From Cyanidioschyzon merolae (taxonomy: Eukaryota): a DNA stretch of 64,000 nucleotides. The notes beneath the pieces were generated by a model. That model was not told the DNA's origin and made no database searches. It was given only the letters and a program-made list of their open reading frames with translations. Location of the stretch: the NCBI GenBank assembly GCA_000091205.1, contig AP006501.2; one strand, 5' to 3'. Made by a program: the position numbers and the translations under genes. Below, one piece after another: positions 54,398-64,000 of this stretch (its first letter is position 1; every line of letters begins with the position of its first letter).

Positions 54398-55213
54398 TCA
54401 AGGCAAAGCAAGCATGTTCCGGTGTTCATAGTAGGCATAGAGTCGCTCAACGAGGGGGTCGAGGCTGAGCTTCACGCGGCGCATATACTCGTCTTTGCGG
54501 GACGCTTCCACTCCAATGGATGTAAGAAACTGTTCGATGGGAGGCAGGAAGAAAACCGCTGCACGAACCGCCGCAATAACGACGCTCCCGTGGTGTTCAC
54601 GCAGCGCCTCCTGGTACGCGGTCCAGACGCACTCGCGTGTCGCCGCGCGTTTCGAGTAGGACGCTGCCGGGCAGCGCGCGAGCTCCCGCATGAGTACCTG
54701 AATGAACTTGAGGCACCACATCATTCGCAGAATATTACGGGCTGCACCTTGCTTACCACTGCCGGTTTCCAGACACCCTTCTCGGGTTTCTCGCTCGATA
54801 ACCTTACGAATAGTGGCGTAATTCTCTGGGTCGCTCCGGTATATGCGGTACAGCGTGTCACGCTTTTCAACAACATCCTGGTGCGCGAAAGAGAATGCAG
54901 CACCGAGGTGCTGAAACATGCCCGCAACTGCGGACAAAGCCGCAATAAAGTCCAGCAGGTACGGCAGCGGCCAAGGCTCTTGCGCAGGCGGCTCGTCGTA
55001 GCGGATTCGCTCAAACGCTTCGAGAAACTTTTCGAATGAGAACGGCGTACCAGCGTCAGTGGTAATTCGATCAAGTTCGTTTCCTTTCGCTGACAACTCG
55101 CGAACGTGCATCCAAGATTCACTCTGTTCATCCCGTTGAGTCATAGTGTCGACCTGTCGGGAACGAGTGACCAAACGAGATGCGCCGTACCGCAGGTGTT
55201 CGGCGAGCCGCAT
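54398..55213 (-). CDS. Glycolipid transfer protein (GLTP/ACD11 superfamily)
   Basis: 'FSFEKFLEAFERI' and 'GSGKQGAARNILRMMWCLKFIQVLMREL' parallel GLTP 'FLEAVSHL' and 'KVGATLALMWLKRGLRFIQVFL'. An alternative in-frame ATG lies at 55144. Confidence 0.75.
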   Translation of the reverse strand: MRLAEHLRYGASRLVTRSRQVDTMTQRDEQSESWMHVRELSAKGNELDRITTDAGTPFSFEKFLEAFERIRYDEPPAQEPWPLPYLLDFIAALSAVAGMFQHLGAAFSFAHQDVVEKRDTLYRIYRSDPENYATIRKVIERETREGCLETGSGKQGAARNILRMMWCLKFIQVLMRELARCPAASYSKRAATRECVWTAYQEALREHHGSVVIAAVRAAVFFLPPIEQFLTSIGVEASRKDEYMRRVKLSLDPLVERLYAYYEHRNMLALP

Positions 55214-55227
55214 CCGTCTTCCTCAAC

Positions 55228-55340
55228 CGGCGCTATCGACGCTATTGCGGCCGCTTTCGGCAGGCACTAGCACCACGATAGGACGTATGAAACGACCAGA
55301 ATATCCGAGAGGAATTATGGGTAATGCAACTTGGAGGTAG
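55228..55340 (+). other. Conserved non-coding element, copy 2 (~115 nt), immediately upstream of and divergent from the GLTP gene
   Basis: Aligns end-to-end with 46605-46730 (see copy 1). It is followed by an unusual A-rich tract at 55368-55450. Confidence 0.6.
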
Positions 55341-57206
55341 GGGGTTGATGGATACCTCACCGCGCACTGAAAAAAACACACAAAAAAGTAAGAAAAGAAA
55401 AATGCACCAAATCGGAGAACGTTGGCCCAAGTAAAAGTTTTGACAATGAAAAAAATCCGTCTGCCTCACTGGACGTCGTCGAGCGATGGAGAGCGCGGGT
55501 GTACAGCGACAGACGCAAGCACTGGCTCTTCCATTCGATTGCGAATGTCTGGATGGCGATACGGTCCGTGAGGAAACAGGTACCCGAGACAAAGTCCATA
55601 CTGGAGGAAAAGTTCCGCAATTTCGACTCAACTACGCTCCCTTCGCACCCACACGTGACCTATTGACCACCGGAGGCGATCGCTACGATGACTGCAATCC
55701 GGGTCCTTGGCCGTTTTCCATGCAAGCTGAGGAGCGCGGAGCCGCTGGGAGCGTGCTCCCCTGTGAGCGAGGTATCATGCTGCAGTCGACTTTGGTATCG
55801 TGGATGGCTACGACGAGATGCGGATTCGTGTTTCGGAAGACATCGATGATCGGACGCGAGCGGTTCCGTGAGCTGCCGCCTCTGACAGCCTGTGGTCGAC
55901 TTGTCACTGCGCGACGTCGCGATGCGCTCGATGTGCACCCAGCGGCGCGAGTCGCTGCGTCCACGCGGTGCCTTGGCGGGGAACCATCGAACACGTGAAG
56001 CGGGCGTGATTGGAACATGCTCCGCATTCGCACAAGAGCGTCACGGAGGCTTGGACGTATGCACGGGATACGGATATCGGTTGCTTTATGAACCGTACGC
56101 GGGAGGCGTCACGAGTCGCGTTGATTACGGTGACGTGCCGATGCCAGCGGGAGAACGTCGAACACGTCACTCTGGACACTCGATCGAGATTCCCTGAACC
56201 TCGTATGAAACCGTTGGCTCTGACAACTGCCATCGGCATGTCGAGGCTATGTGTTTCTGAAAACCCAAGTCCGGAACAACATCCGAATACGTGAACCGTA
56301 CGATCATCAGTATAGTGTTTGAGTCTGAACGCACACAAGTGTGGATCCTCTGCGTACCGACTCGTGTTCATAGACGCACAGACAATCCGCTGAATTCATG
56401 GGTGTTGCTCCGTAACCAAAGGCCGCAATCTCTGCGTTTGGTATCTACCTGCCAGGAAGACTCTTTTACTCTTTAGATGCTTCTTGTGATCGTGGATGCA
56501 TTTCGAATAGGTTCGGTGCCGCGCCACTGCCGCATCCCAAGGTCACCCGGCATCGTGGTGCTCTCAGCGCTTCAGTTCGAAGGTATCTCGGGTGCGCTGA
56601 GGCGCGTCCAATAACCACATGTCGACTGTGGACGCTGCATATCAGTTCAGCTCGTCTGTTGTGTGTTCCTGTCGCGAGAAAACCGAACGTTGACGCAGCG
56701 TTGTCGCTTGCTCACCATTCACGGAAGCACGCTGTGCAAAGTTTCCAGTCAGTCGGCCGGCTTCACGCACCAGACATAAACACGGGCGAACCGAGTTCGA
56801 GTTCCGCGACGACCGCAACACAGCACCTGTCGCTGCAGAGACACCAGGCGGACTGAGTCGTGACCCGCTCGCCCGCCGGAGGCACGCGTGCTGCTCTCGA
56901 GGCCGGTACAGCGTTGTTCGTTAACGCTCGGGTGCTCGTTGAGTGGGTTACGGGGATCGGGCACGAGAACAGAGCTTCCTCGTCTGCACAAGCTTTGAAG
57001 CTCGTAGCGTCAACAACCGTACAGCGGGCTTTGCAGCCCCGGGAGTTGTCTACAGTTGCGTCTGGATGACGTTCGCGTTAACCTGGCACCGGTTATCGTT
57101 CAGTGCACGAGCGAGGCAGGTTCTCGCCGAACGTCGCATAGCGAAGCGGTGGCACCTGCCTCGCGATATGCACCAACGCTGCCAGCTTCGTCAAGCACCG
57201 TAAACT

Positions 57207-59765
57207 TTATGCAAACTTGGGAAACGACTCGCGCAAAGTCACCGTTCTGTTGAAAACGAGGTGAGGTGGCGAGGCCTCAAGCTGGGAGTCCGGGTCCACG
57301 CAATAGAACCCGACTCTCTCGAACTGAAAAATAGCGCCTGGTTGCCAATCATCCGCGGATTCGCACCGAGCTTGTTGCAGAATGCGCTCGCTCTTGGGAT
57401 TGAAGAAGGTCAGCCACCCGTCGCGCTCTGATAGGTTCTGCTCGGCAGCGGCTTGAAGCGGATCTTCCACGCAGAACAGGGGCTCGTACAAGCGGCATTC
57501 ACAGGGCATGCTTTTCTCGGATACCCAGTGCAACACACCTTTTGGACGAGGTTGCGGTAATTGGGTGAGAATCTCGGCATGCAGCAACTGAACTTGGTCA
57601 TCACTTGTGGCGGGCGCATGCTGGGCAGTCAAGGCGGCAAGAACGCGAATCGCGAACCCAGTGTGACGCAGCAGGGCTGCTTTCCCTGGTGCAAGCCCGT
57701 AATAGTCCTTCGCATCTTGTAAACGAAAATCAGTTCGCTCCAAGTAGATCATCGGGGTAAATTCGAGCGTACGCGTGCCCAACTCGGGTCGTTTGGGATG
57801 GTTCGGCACCTGCACGGTAACTGCTTCCGCTGCCGACAGCGCCTGGGCAAAGTTCTTCAGCAGCACGGGCAACGGTTCGAGCACCACCATGCGACGCGGA
57901 GCATGCTGATCCATATACTGACGCACACAAGCCTCTAGCTTGCGCAGATGCACGTTGTTCTCCGCCCGTGAAAACCCTACACTAGCCACAAAGTGGTTAA
58001 TGGCGACTGGCGTGTAGCCCCGGCGCCTCATGCCAATCAGGGTCGGCATGCGTGGATCATCCCAACCGCGCACTAAGCCGCGCTCAATGATCTGGGTTAG
58101 TTTGCGCTTGCTCAAAACCGTGTGTGAAAGATTCAAACGACTGAATTCAAAAACGAACGGCCGATACATGTCGAGAGCCTCTAGCAACCAGTAGTACGAG
58201 TCCCGTCGTATCTCGAATTCCAGCGTGCACATCGAGTGCGTAATCCACTCCAGCGAGTCGACCAGGCAGTGCGTAAAGTCGTACGACGGATAGATGCACC
58301 ATCGATCTCCGACGTGCGGATGCGCTGCGTACTTGATGCGGTATGCGACGGGGTCTCTCATGACAGGATTCGGATGCTGCATGTCGATCTTCATACGAAG
58401 AACGGCGGCACCCTCATCGTATAGTCCAAGACGCATCCGCTCGAAGCAGTCAAGGTTCTCCTCGACGGAGCGATTTCGCCACGGAGACGGACGCTTCTCT
58501 TCGCGATCGCGCGCCATCTCCTCAGGCCGCTGATGGCACACATAAGCCTTGCCACGTCGAATGAGTTCCACAGCGAGTTCATGCAGACGGTCGAAGTAGT
58601 CGGAAGAGTACGTGATCTGGTAGGGTTGATAACCCATCCACTGCACTGTCTCGATGATTGAATCGATAAAGGCCTGCTCTTCTGTGTCGGGGTTGGTGTC
58701 GTCAAAGCGCAGGATGCACCGGCCTCCGTTTCGCATTGCGTAACCAAAGTCGAGCAACATCGCCTTGGTATGACCGCAATGAAGATGTGCGTTCGGCTCA
58801 GGCGGGAAGCGCGTGACAACAGAGCATCCATCCGTATTTGCACGTTGCAGAGCGAGCAGCTCCGGTGTATTCCGCATGGAGTCTAACGATCGTGCGTCGA
58901 AATAGGCTGGTAGCGCTGCAAATGGATTTTCAGCGAGCTGCGCGTCCGTTTCGTTATCGATAGCCGATCCCGAGCCGATACCAGCGTGCCCGTCTTTCGT
59001 CTTTGGTGCGGAACTCGCAGACGTCGCGGTGTTGAGCATGCGTCGGTTGGTTTTGCAGCGATCATCTGATGGACGATCTGCCGCCTCTTTGCTGGTGGTC
59101 GTTGAGGCGCGCGATCCCGCTCCGGCCTCTGACGAGCGTGGGCCCAGCAACGCAAAGAGTTTTGCATCGACCGCTTCCTTGATGCGGCGGCCTTCAACAA
59201 AACGAACACGCCGCTGAACACCAGCGATAATGGGACCAAGTGGATACTTGTAGCCCCGCACCAACAGGTCGTCCATGATTGTCCGAATTTCTTCGTCGAC
59301 TGCAGCCGACAGCGTACTGTCGTCAACAACAACGCCCGCACCCACTGCAGCATTGAAGTCGTCGCGGTCAACTTTGCCCTCGGCAGCTGTGCCCGGAGCC
59401 GACTCGAGCAGCGCCTCGAGGTAAGCGAACGCCGCTTCGAGCTTGGCCGTGTTGTCGATGCGCCCGTCGCCAATTGCTTCAAAGATGAGCTCGCGAAAGC
59501 AGCGCAGTTTTGTCGGGAGCTTGCTCACAGCCACATAAAGCAGCGAGGCTTTCTGCGGCGTGAGTGCCTGCTCCTCAGGCAATCGATCCGCAGTCGACTC
59601 CAGCGCTGAACGTTTGGCCACTTGCACGGCCTCAGTTAGTGCCGCCTGGACTTTAGCCGACCGTGCGACCGCTCGAAGGTTTCGATCCTCAAGACCTAGA
59701 GCTCGCAACTGATCTAAGAGACCATCGTCACCGGAGGCAGCTGCAGCGACGGCGTTCGTCTCCAT
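57207..59765 (-). CDS. Glutaminyl-tRNA synthetase (class I, GlnRS) with a eukaryotic N-terminal appended domain
   Basis: 'TRFPPEPNAHLHCGHTKA' is a HIGH-motif variant. Also present: 'RFDDTNPDTEEQAF', 'VLSKRKL' (KMSKS variant) and 'FERVGFYCVDPDS...LVFNRTVTLRE' (GlnRS anticodon-binding C-terminus). The ORF opens at ATG ~59954, but the conserved N-terminus begins at 'METNAVAAA' (~59765). Start +/- a few nt. Confidence 0.9.
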   Translation of the reverse strand: METNAVAAAASGDDGLLDQLRALGLEDRNLRAVARSAKVQAALTEAVQVAKRSALESTADRLPEEQALTPQKASLLYVAVSKLPTKLRCFRELIFEAIGDGRIDNTAKLEAAFAYLEALLESAPGTAAEGKVDRDDFNAAVGAGVVVDDSTLSAAVDEEIRTIMDDLLVRGYKYPLGPIIAGVQRRVRFVEGRRIKEAVDAKLFALLGPRSSEAGAGSRASTTTSKEAADRPSDDRCKTNRRMLNTATSASSAPKTKDGHAGIGSGSAIDNETDAQLAENPFAALPAYFDARSLDSMRNTPELLALQRANTDGCSVVTRFPPEPNAHLHCGHTKAMLLDFGYAMRNGGRCILRFDDTNPDTEEQAFIDSIIETVQWMGYQPYQITYSSDYFDRLHELAVELIRRGKAYVCHQRPEEMARDREEKRPSPWRNRSVEENLDCFERMRLGLYDEGAAVLRMKIDMQHPNPVMRDPVAYRIKYAAHPHVGDRWCIYPSYDFTHCLVDSLEWITHSMCTLEFEIRRDSYYWLLEALDMYRPFVFEFSRLNLSHTVLSKRKLTQIIERGLVRGWDDPRMPTLIGMRRRGYTPVAINHFVASVGFSRAENNVHLRKLEACVRQYMDQHAPRRMVVLEPLPVLLKNFAQALSAAEAVTVQVPNHPKRPELGTRTLEFTPMIYLERTDFRLQDAKDYYGLAPGKAALLRHTGFAIRVLAALTAQHAPATSDDQVQLLHAEILTQLPQPRPKGVLHWVSEKSMPCECRLYEPLFCVEDPLQAAAEQNLSERDGWLTFFNPKSERILQQARCESADDWQPGAIFQFERVGFYCVDPDSQLEASPPHLVFNRTVTLRESFPKFA

Positions 59766-60000
59766 AACTACCAACGCAGCCGCAACGCAGCCGCGACACA
59801 GCACGACGGGCGCTAACGGGAGAGCCGTGCGTAGACGCCTGCGAAACGCCAGGCGTGGGAAAATAGCCCCAGCAGGGCGCTGCTGTCCAGGCGCTTCGAT
59901 GTCCGGTTTACGGCTGCGTTGCGATCCTGGCGTATGCACTCGGGTGCAGTGCATCGATTCCGTCTAGGCATGCTCATTTTTCGATGTCCACGACAATTGG

Positions 60001-60488
60001 AGGCTTGTTTCGCATCTATACGAGCTGTGGTATCTGTATCCCGGATCTATATACAAAATAGAGGATTCGATGTGTAAGACGATTAGAGGCTTGTTTCGCA
60101 TCTATACGAGCTGTGGTATCTGTATCTCGGATCTATATACAAAATAGAGGATTCGATGTGTAAGACGATTAGAGGCTTGTTTCGCATCTATACGAGCTGT
60201 GGTATCTGTATCTCGGATCTATATACAAAATAGAGGATTCGATGTGTAAGACGATTGGAGGCTTGTTTCGCATCTATACGAGCTGTGGTATCTGTATCTC
60301 GGATGTATACCCAAAATAGAGGATTCGATGTGTAAGACGATTAGAGGCTTGTTTCGCATCTATACGAGCTGTGGTATCTGTATCTCGGATGTATACCCAA
60401 AATAGAGGATTCGATGTGTAAGACGATTAGAGGCTTGTTTTGCATTTGTACGTGCTGTGGTATCTCTACATCAGATACAGGTACAGTC
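60001..60488. repeat. Minisatellite, ~86-bp unit x ~5.5 copies (last copy degenerate)
   Basis: Unit 'gaggcttgtttcgcatctatacgagctgtggtatctgtatctcggatctatatacaaaatagaggattcgatgtgtaagacgatta' starts at 60001, 60086, 60172, 60258, 60345 and 60430. It lies in the divergent intergenic region between GlnRS (-) and DHHC (+). Confidence 0.9.
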
Positions 60489-61085
60489 TGGAGAATCCGA
60501 TACCCGCCGGTGGTCTGTTTTCAAAAGCCCTCTGCCGGTCGACAGCACGCGACATCAGGCTGCCAAACTCGGTTGCCACGCTGGACTTGTCGCCGGCATT
60601 CCAGACCGCATCGCTCTCGTTAACGATCTCAATCTTTCAAACAGTCGATTCAACGAAATTCACCAGATTCCCCCAAACGAGCGACTGCTGTCACGAATCC
60701 GCTGGAAAACGCGCAGTTTCCGCGCACTGCGTGTTTGGCAGGCATCTAAACTAGAACTAATTATATTATTAGGGACTAAATTACCATGTGGAAGCATTGG
60801 CGCTTCGCTGGACGTGGCGCGACGGCTGCCCGCCAGCCTCCCGCAGCACCCGCAACGTTGACGCTTCAGACGAAACGGTGTATGCTGGTATGCAGCTCGG
60901 CTGCAGTCGTTCCCGCTACTTCACGTTCGGGTTGCCTTCAGGGTCTCGAGACCTATACCACTAGTTGATTGCGGATAGTGGTGGCTTGACGTGTGTTTGT
61001 GTGTAAGCCGTACGGTGAGCGCGCTCTCGCGAGGGCGCGCGCCCTCATCGGACGTACAGTGCACGTCTGACACGGTGCGCTCGTG

Positions 61086-62222
61086 ATGGCGTGTCGAAAC
61101 CTGTGGCGCCTACCGCTCTCGCGCCGCTGGACGGGGCCTTCTTTCGCTCGTAGACGTGCGTTGAGTTTCGAGTACATTGCAGATGAAGCTCCCGGTTGTT
61201 TTGAGTGGTTTCTTGACTGGACGTCGCAGTTGAGTACGCTCTGCGCTCGGTACACAGGTCCTGTGTTCGTCTGTCTTGGCCTAGCGCTGATAAGTTTAAT
61301 CGTCTTCTCCTATTTTCGTCACATGTTACCAGCTCTCTATGAACTTGCGACGCGAAGCCCCTACTCAGGTTGGGCGCAGACGGCACTCCTCGTTCATCTC
61401 GTCATAGCACTCTACCTCCTCTACTGCGTCGTGTATGCGTACGCGAAAACGGTGACCACGGACCCCGGATCGCCGCCGCTCGCCGAAACTGTTCAGATGG
61501 CAGCACTTGATCCCCACATCGACGTCGCCGTCGTCGACGCAAAGCAGGGACGCTGCGCGGCTCGTGCTGCCACACCAAACTGCACCTGGACTGTCTGCGG
61601 ACGATGTCGTCGGTGGCGACCACCGCGCACACACCACTGCTCCGTTTGCCGCCGCTGCATCCTGCACATGGATCATCACTGCATCTGGATGAACGCGTGT
61701 GTAGGTTACCGCAACTACAGGTTCTTTCTCTCGACACTCTACTTTCTGGTCGTCGGGGCCGCCGATACGGTCGCTACGGTTCTCTTTCTCTGGTGGCGGG
61801 CATCGCATCGGAGAGAACTGCGCACGAACATCTGGCTCCTCTATTCCTTCGCACTGGCGCTTTGCCTCGGGGTCGCATTGTTGCTGCTGCTGGTGTTTCA
61901 CATTCGGATTCTTTCGCTGGGCCTCTCGACGATCGATTATCTCGCTGGCGGTGCGCGTGGCGCTGAGTCCGTAGCTGCACCGGTCGACTCGGGCGAGCGC
62001 ATGCAGCCGGGCTCGCAACTGGACCCCACGATCGGCAGGCATGGGCGTGCACCCCGACAAAGTCGCTTTTTCGAGCGGCTGCGGTTGAATGCTCGCAAGG
62101 TATTCGGCATCGAAAGACCATTGTGGTCTGTTTTTTTGTTTCCTCCCGTGCGTGGGGGCTCGAAAGAATCCCTTGCAGGCGAGCGACACCAGCCGGCTTT
62201 GCTTTCAGGCCTTGTGGTCTGA
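61086..62222 (+). CDS. DHHC-type protein S-palmitoyltransferase
   Basis: 'CGRCRRWRPPRTHHCSVCRRCILHMDHHCIWMNACVGYRNYRFF' is a canonical zDHHC-CRD, flanked by TM helices. The ORF opens at GTG 61083 and ATG is 61086. Confidence 0.85.
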   Translation: MACRNLWRLPLSRRWTGPSFARRRALSFEYIADEAPGCFEWFLDWTSQLSTLCARYTGPVFVCLGLALISLIVFSYFRHMLPALYELATRSPYSGWAQTALLVHLVIALYLLYCVVYAYAKTVTTDPGSPPLAETVQMAALDPHIDVAVVDAKQGRCAARAATPNCTWTVCGRCRRWRPPRTHHCSVCRRCILHMDHHCIWMNACVGYRNYRFFLSTLYFLVVGAADTVATVLFLWWRASHRRELRTNIWLLYSFALALCLGVALLLLLVFHIRILSLGLSTIDYLAGGARGAESVAAPVDSGERMQPGSQLDPTIGRHGRAPRQSRFFERLRLNARKVFGIERPLWSVFLFPPVRGGSKESLAGERHQPALLSGLVV

Positions 62223-62690
62223 GCGAATAGTCGCAGCCGTGGCTGGCGTTCGGTGCATGCGTTGTTTCTCGAGGTTTGCTTGCAATCACCTGCTCTGCAC
62301 GCCACTCAGTTTCCCGCAGGTTCTTCGAAACAAGGACTTGCGATCTTGACCGATGAGCTGTTCGCTCGCTTGCTTCTCAAATGCTCTGAGTATTGTGCGC
62401 TGCTCCGCGCATGTACACTCGTCATAGCACAAGCCAATTTATGTGTACGATATCGAACGCGAATGTTCTCCCTACGAAACGATCCTGCAGAGCGGCTGCG
62501 CAGGTCCACCACCTCGTCCGTTCGGAAGAACGAGTGCATGTCGCGTTTTTGCAACATGGGACCGCTTTGAACGCGGCCGCAGCATTGCCCTGCCGCTCCC
62601 AGCACCGGTGCGATAACGTTCTTCATGCTCCTCTACGCAGAGCACGGATGCAGTCGCGACTAGCTCGTGCGAGCCTTTTCGCCGCCGTAT

Positions 62691-63902
62691 TCATTCCTCT
62701 TCCATGGGTACGTCGACCTGCACCAGCTCGATATCGAAGATCAAGAGTGCATTTTTCGGGAGCATTTGTCCGAACATTTCGGACATATTCTCGCAGCTTT
62801 CCGGGTGCACGTAAACGGTGCGCGCCTCGCCCTCGTGCATGTCGAGAACGATCTTTCTGAGCGCAGGCGGAGCGTCACCCACGCGCATGGTAATTGGATT
62901 CACCATTTCTCCGTTTTCATCGGACGGGCACGTAAAGAAGAAGCGCCCATCCAATAGACGGCCTTGCAACACCATCATGACGTTCACGTCATCGCTTTCG
63001 CATTTCTTGTGTGAGCCCCCTGCGGTCGCAGACGGCTCAGCGTCGTCGACTTCCTCCCAGACAATACGATCCGGTTCCAGGACATTAAACAGTTCTGGCA
63101 TTGTCTTTGCGGTCTCGAAGAAAGCTTCCGCCTCTTGCAAATTGATTTCACCAACGACATCATTCGCGATACCTTGTAGGATGCCCATCTGTCGCTCGTA
63201 TTTTGCGATATTAACCGGAAATTCTTTGCCGGCAAGCGCGTCACGAAAGCCGCGAATCACAAGCTCGTGATCGAGGCCGAATCCCGAGTTCAACAACGCC
63301 TGACCCAATGCAAAGCCATAGCCTATGGATAATTCGTTGAGATTCAGTCCCTGAGCACGTGCGAGCTCGCGCGTGCGCTCATCTCGCAACCGAGCACTCT
63401 CCTTGGCGGGATTTTCGGCCTCTGCGTCGTCAGCGCGTTCATCGTCTCCGGTATCCACCATGAGCCGGGATGAAGTCTGATGCACACCGTCGTGATGCCT
63501 GCGGTCGCTACCTGCCGCTGCATGGAGTGCGGAAGCTGCGCGCGCTGCGCCACTCGTCTGACCTGCTGCCTCGGTGGCGGCACTCAGACCTCCCTGCTGG
63601 GCGAATAGCTCTCTGGCAGCGCGCATAGACTCAGCCCATTTCTGAGGATCCTCCACAACTTCACGAAATTGCGGATCCGCATCCATCCATTGACGCAGAA
63701 AAGGATTGTTAAGGAGCGCTTGGCGCGACTCCTCCTGCTTCTCCGCAGATGAGAGGTACTCCTGCATTGCAGGCGATTCCCATAGTCCGCCCATTAACTG
63801 GGTCATCTGCTGCAACCAGTTCATGGTATCCGCCTGATCGCCACCTGCGGCGCCGCTGTTACCAGCGAGGAGCGACTGCAGGAGCGCGTTCGGATCAGCC
63901 AT
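62691..63902 (-). CDS. FKBP-type peptidyl-prolyl isomerase, Mip/FkpA-like, with an N-terminal STI1-like low-complexity region. The reading frame stays open upstream to the window edge
   Basis: C-terminal FKBP domain: 'VMMVLQGRLLDGRFFF...ITMRVGDAPPALRKIVLDMHEGE...LLIFDIELVQV'. Preceding FkpA-N-like 'LSIGYGFALGQALLNSGFGLDHELVIRGFRDALAGKEF'. ATG at 63902, but no stop in frame between 63903 and 64000. Confidence 0.75.
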   Translation of the reverse strand: MADPNALLQSLLAGNSGAAGGDQADTMNWLQQMTQLMGGLWESPAMQEYLSSAEKQEESRQALLNNPFLRQWMDADPQFREVVEDPQKWAESMRAARELFAQQGGLSAATEAAGQTSGAARAASALHAAAGSDRRHHDGVHQTSSRLMVDTGDDERADDAEAENPAKESARLRDERTRELARAQGLNLNELSIGYGFALGQALLNSGFGLDHELVIRGFRDALAGKEFPVNIAKYERQMGILQGIANDVVGEINLQEAEAFFETAKTMPELFNVLEPDRIVWEEVDDAEPSATAGGSHKKCESDDVNVMMVLQGRLLDGRFFFTCPSDENGEMVNPITMRVGDAPPALRKIVLDMHEGEARTVYVHPESCENMSEMFGQMLPKNALLIFDIELVQVDVPMEEE

Positions 63903-64000
63903 GGCTGGGTTGGCGCCGCTGCTCCGCGAGCCTCGACCGCTGCTACCTGTGCCCAGGTTGCGCAGTTGCCGCGCAAGTGACTCGACGTCAGCAAGGCCAG

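Noticed and set aside
60001-60488. Possible CRISPR array (regular direct repeats)
   Set aside because: The 86-bp units abut directly with no unique spacers, the context is eukaryotic intergenic DNA, and no cas genes are present. It is a minisatellite.

Overview
The window is eukaryotic nuclear DNA, GC-rich (about 58-60% by eye) and intron-poor, with strong GC3 codon bias and poly-Gln and poly-Ser coding repeats. It carries roughly 20 mostly single-exon genes on both strands, all identified by reading motifs in the six-frame translations, not by database search. Recognised genes, left to right:
- PI 4-kinase (Pik1/PI4KIII-beta type)
- an ArsS-like radical-SAM/Cys-rich protein
- CCT-delta chaperonin (two exons, one 366-nt GTAAGT..AG intron)
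- a thioredoxin with an N-terminal presequence
- an NAD-isocitrate dehydrogenase subunit
- two convergent PHD/ePHD (PZP) chromatin-reader genes
- exportin-1/CRM1
- a PPR protein
- a GDT1/TMEM165 (UPF0016) cation transporter
- a YjeF_N-domain protein with a degenerate catalytic loop
- REV1 (BRCT plus Y-family polymerase)
- ribosomal protein L12 (uL11)
- a DprA/SLOG-like protein
- MED10
- NADH-cytochrome b5 reductase
- a glycolipid-transfer protein
- glutaminyl-tRNA synthetase
- a DHHC palmitoyltransferase
- a Mip/FkpA-like FKBP (open to the window edge)

The organism cannot be named from sequence alone. The gene content (PPR, GDT1/PAM71-like, DprA-like, Mip-FKBP, ArsS) and compact intron-poor architecture suggest a stramenopile- or alveolate-like protist or alga.

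Three features stand out from the ordinary housekeeping content:
1. Two decayed, inverted copies of a TnpB/Fanzor-like (IS605 OrfB / OMEGA-type RuvC nuclease) element at 1-~985 (+) and ~29290-30300 (-). Both retain the YK-x-V-x-V-x-TSYT/Zn-ribbon/'NRDFNAAINI' C-terminal architecture, and homology continues about 80 nt past the stop codon (a candidate omega-RNA / right-end scaffold). The copies bracket a 28-kb block of housekeeping genes.
2. A lone bacterial-type ArsS-like radical-SAM gene.
3. A ~115-nt non-coding element present twice (46605-46730 and 55228-55340), about 80% identical, of unknown function.

The window also holds an 86-bp x ~5.5 minisatellite in the divergent GlnRS/DHHC promoter, a 93-bp tandem duplication, and several (CA/GT)n and trinucleotide microsatellites. 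No rRNA, tRNA or CRISPR could be supported. The ORF track evidently accepts TTG/GTG starts, so several gene starts were moved to the first in-frame ATG. Coordinates near 59.9 kb disagreed by about 1 nt in my manual count, so gene starts there carry +/-1-3 nt uncertainty.
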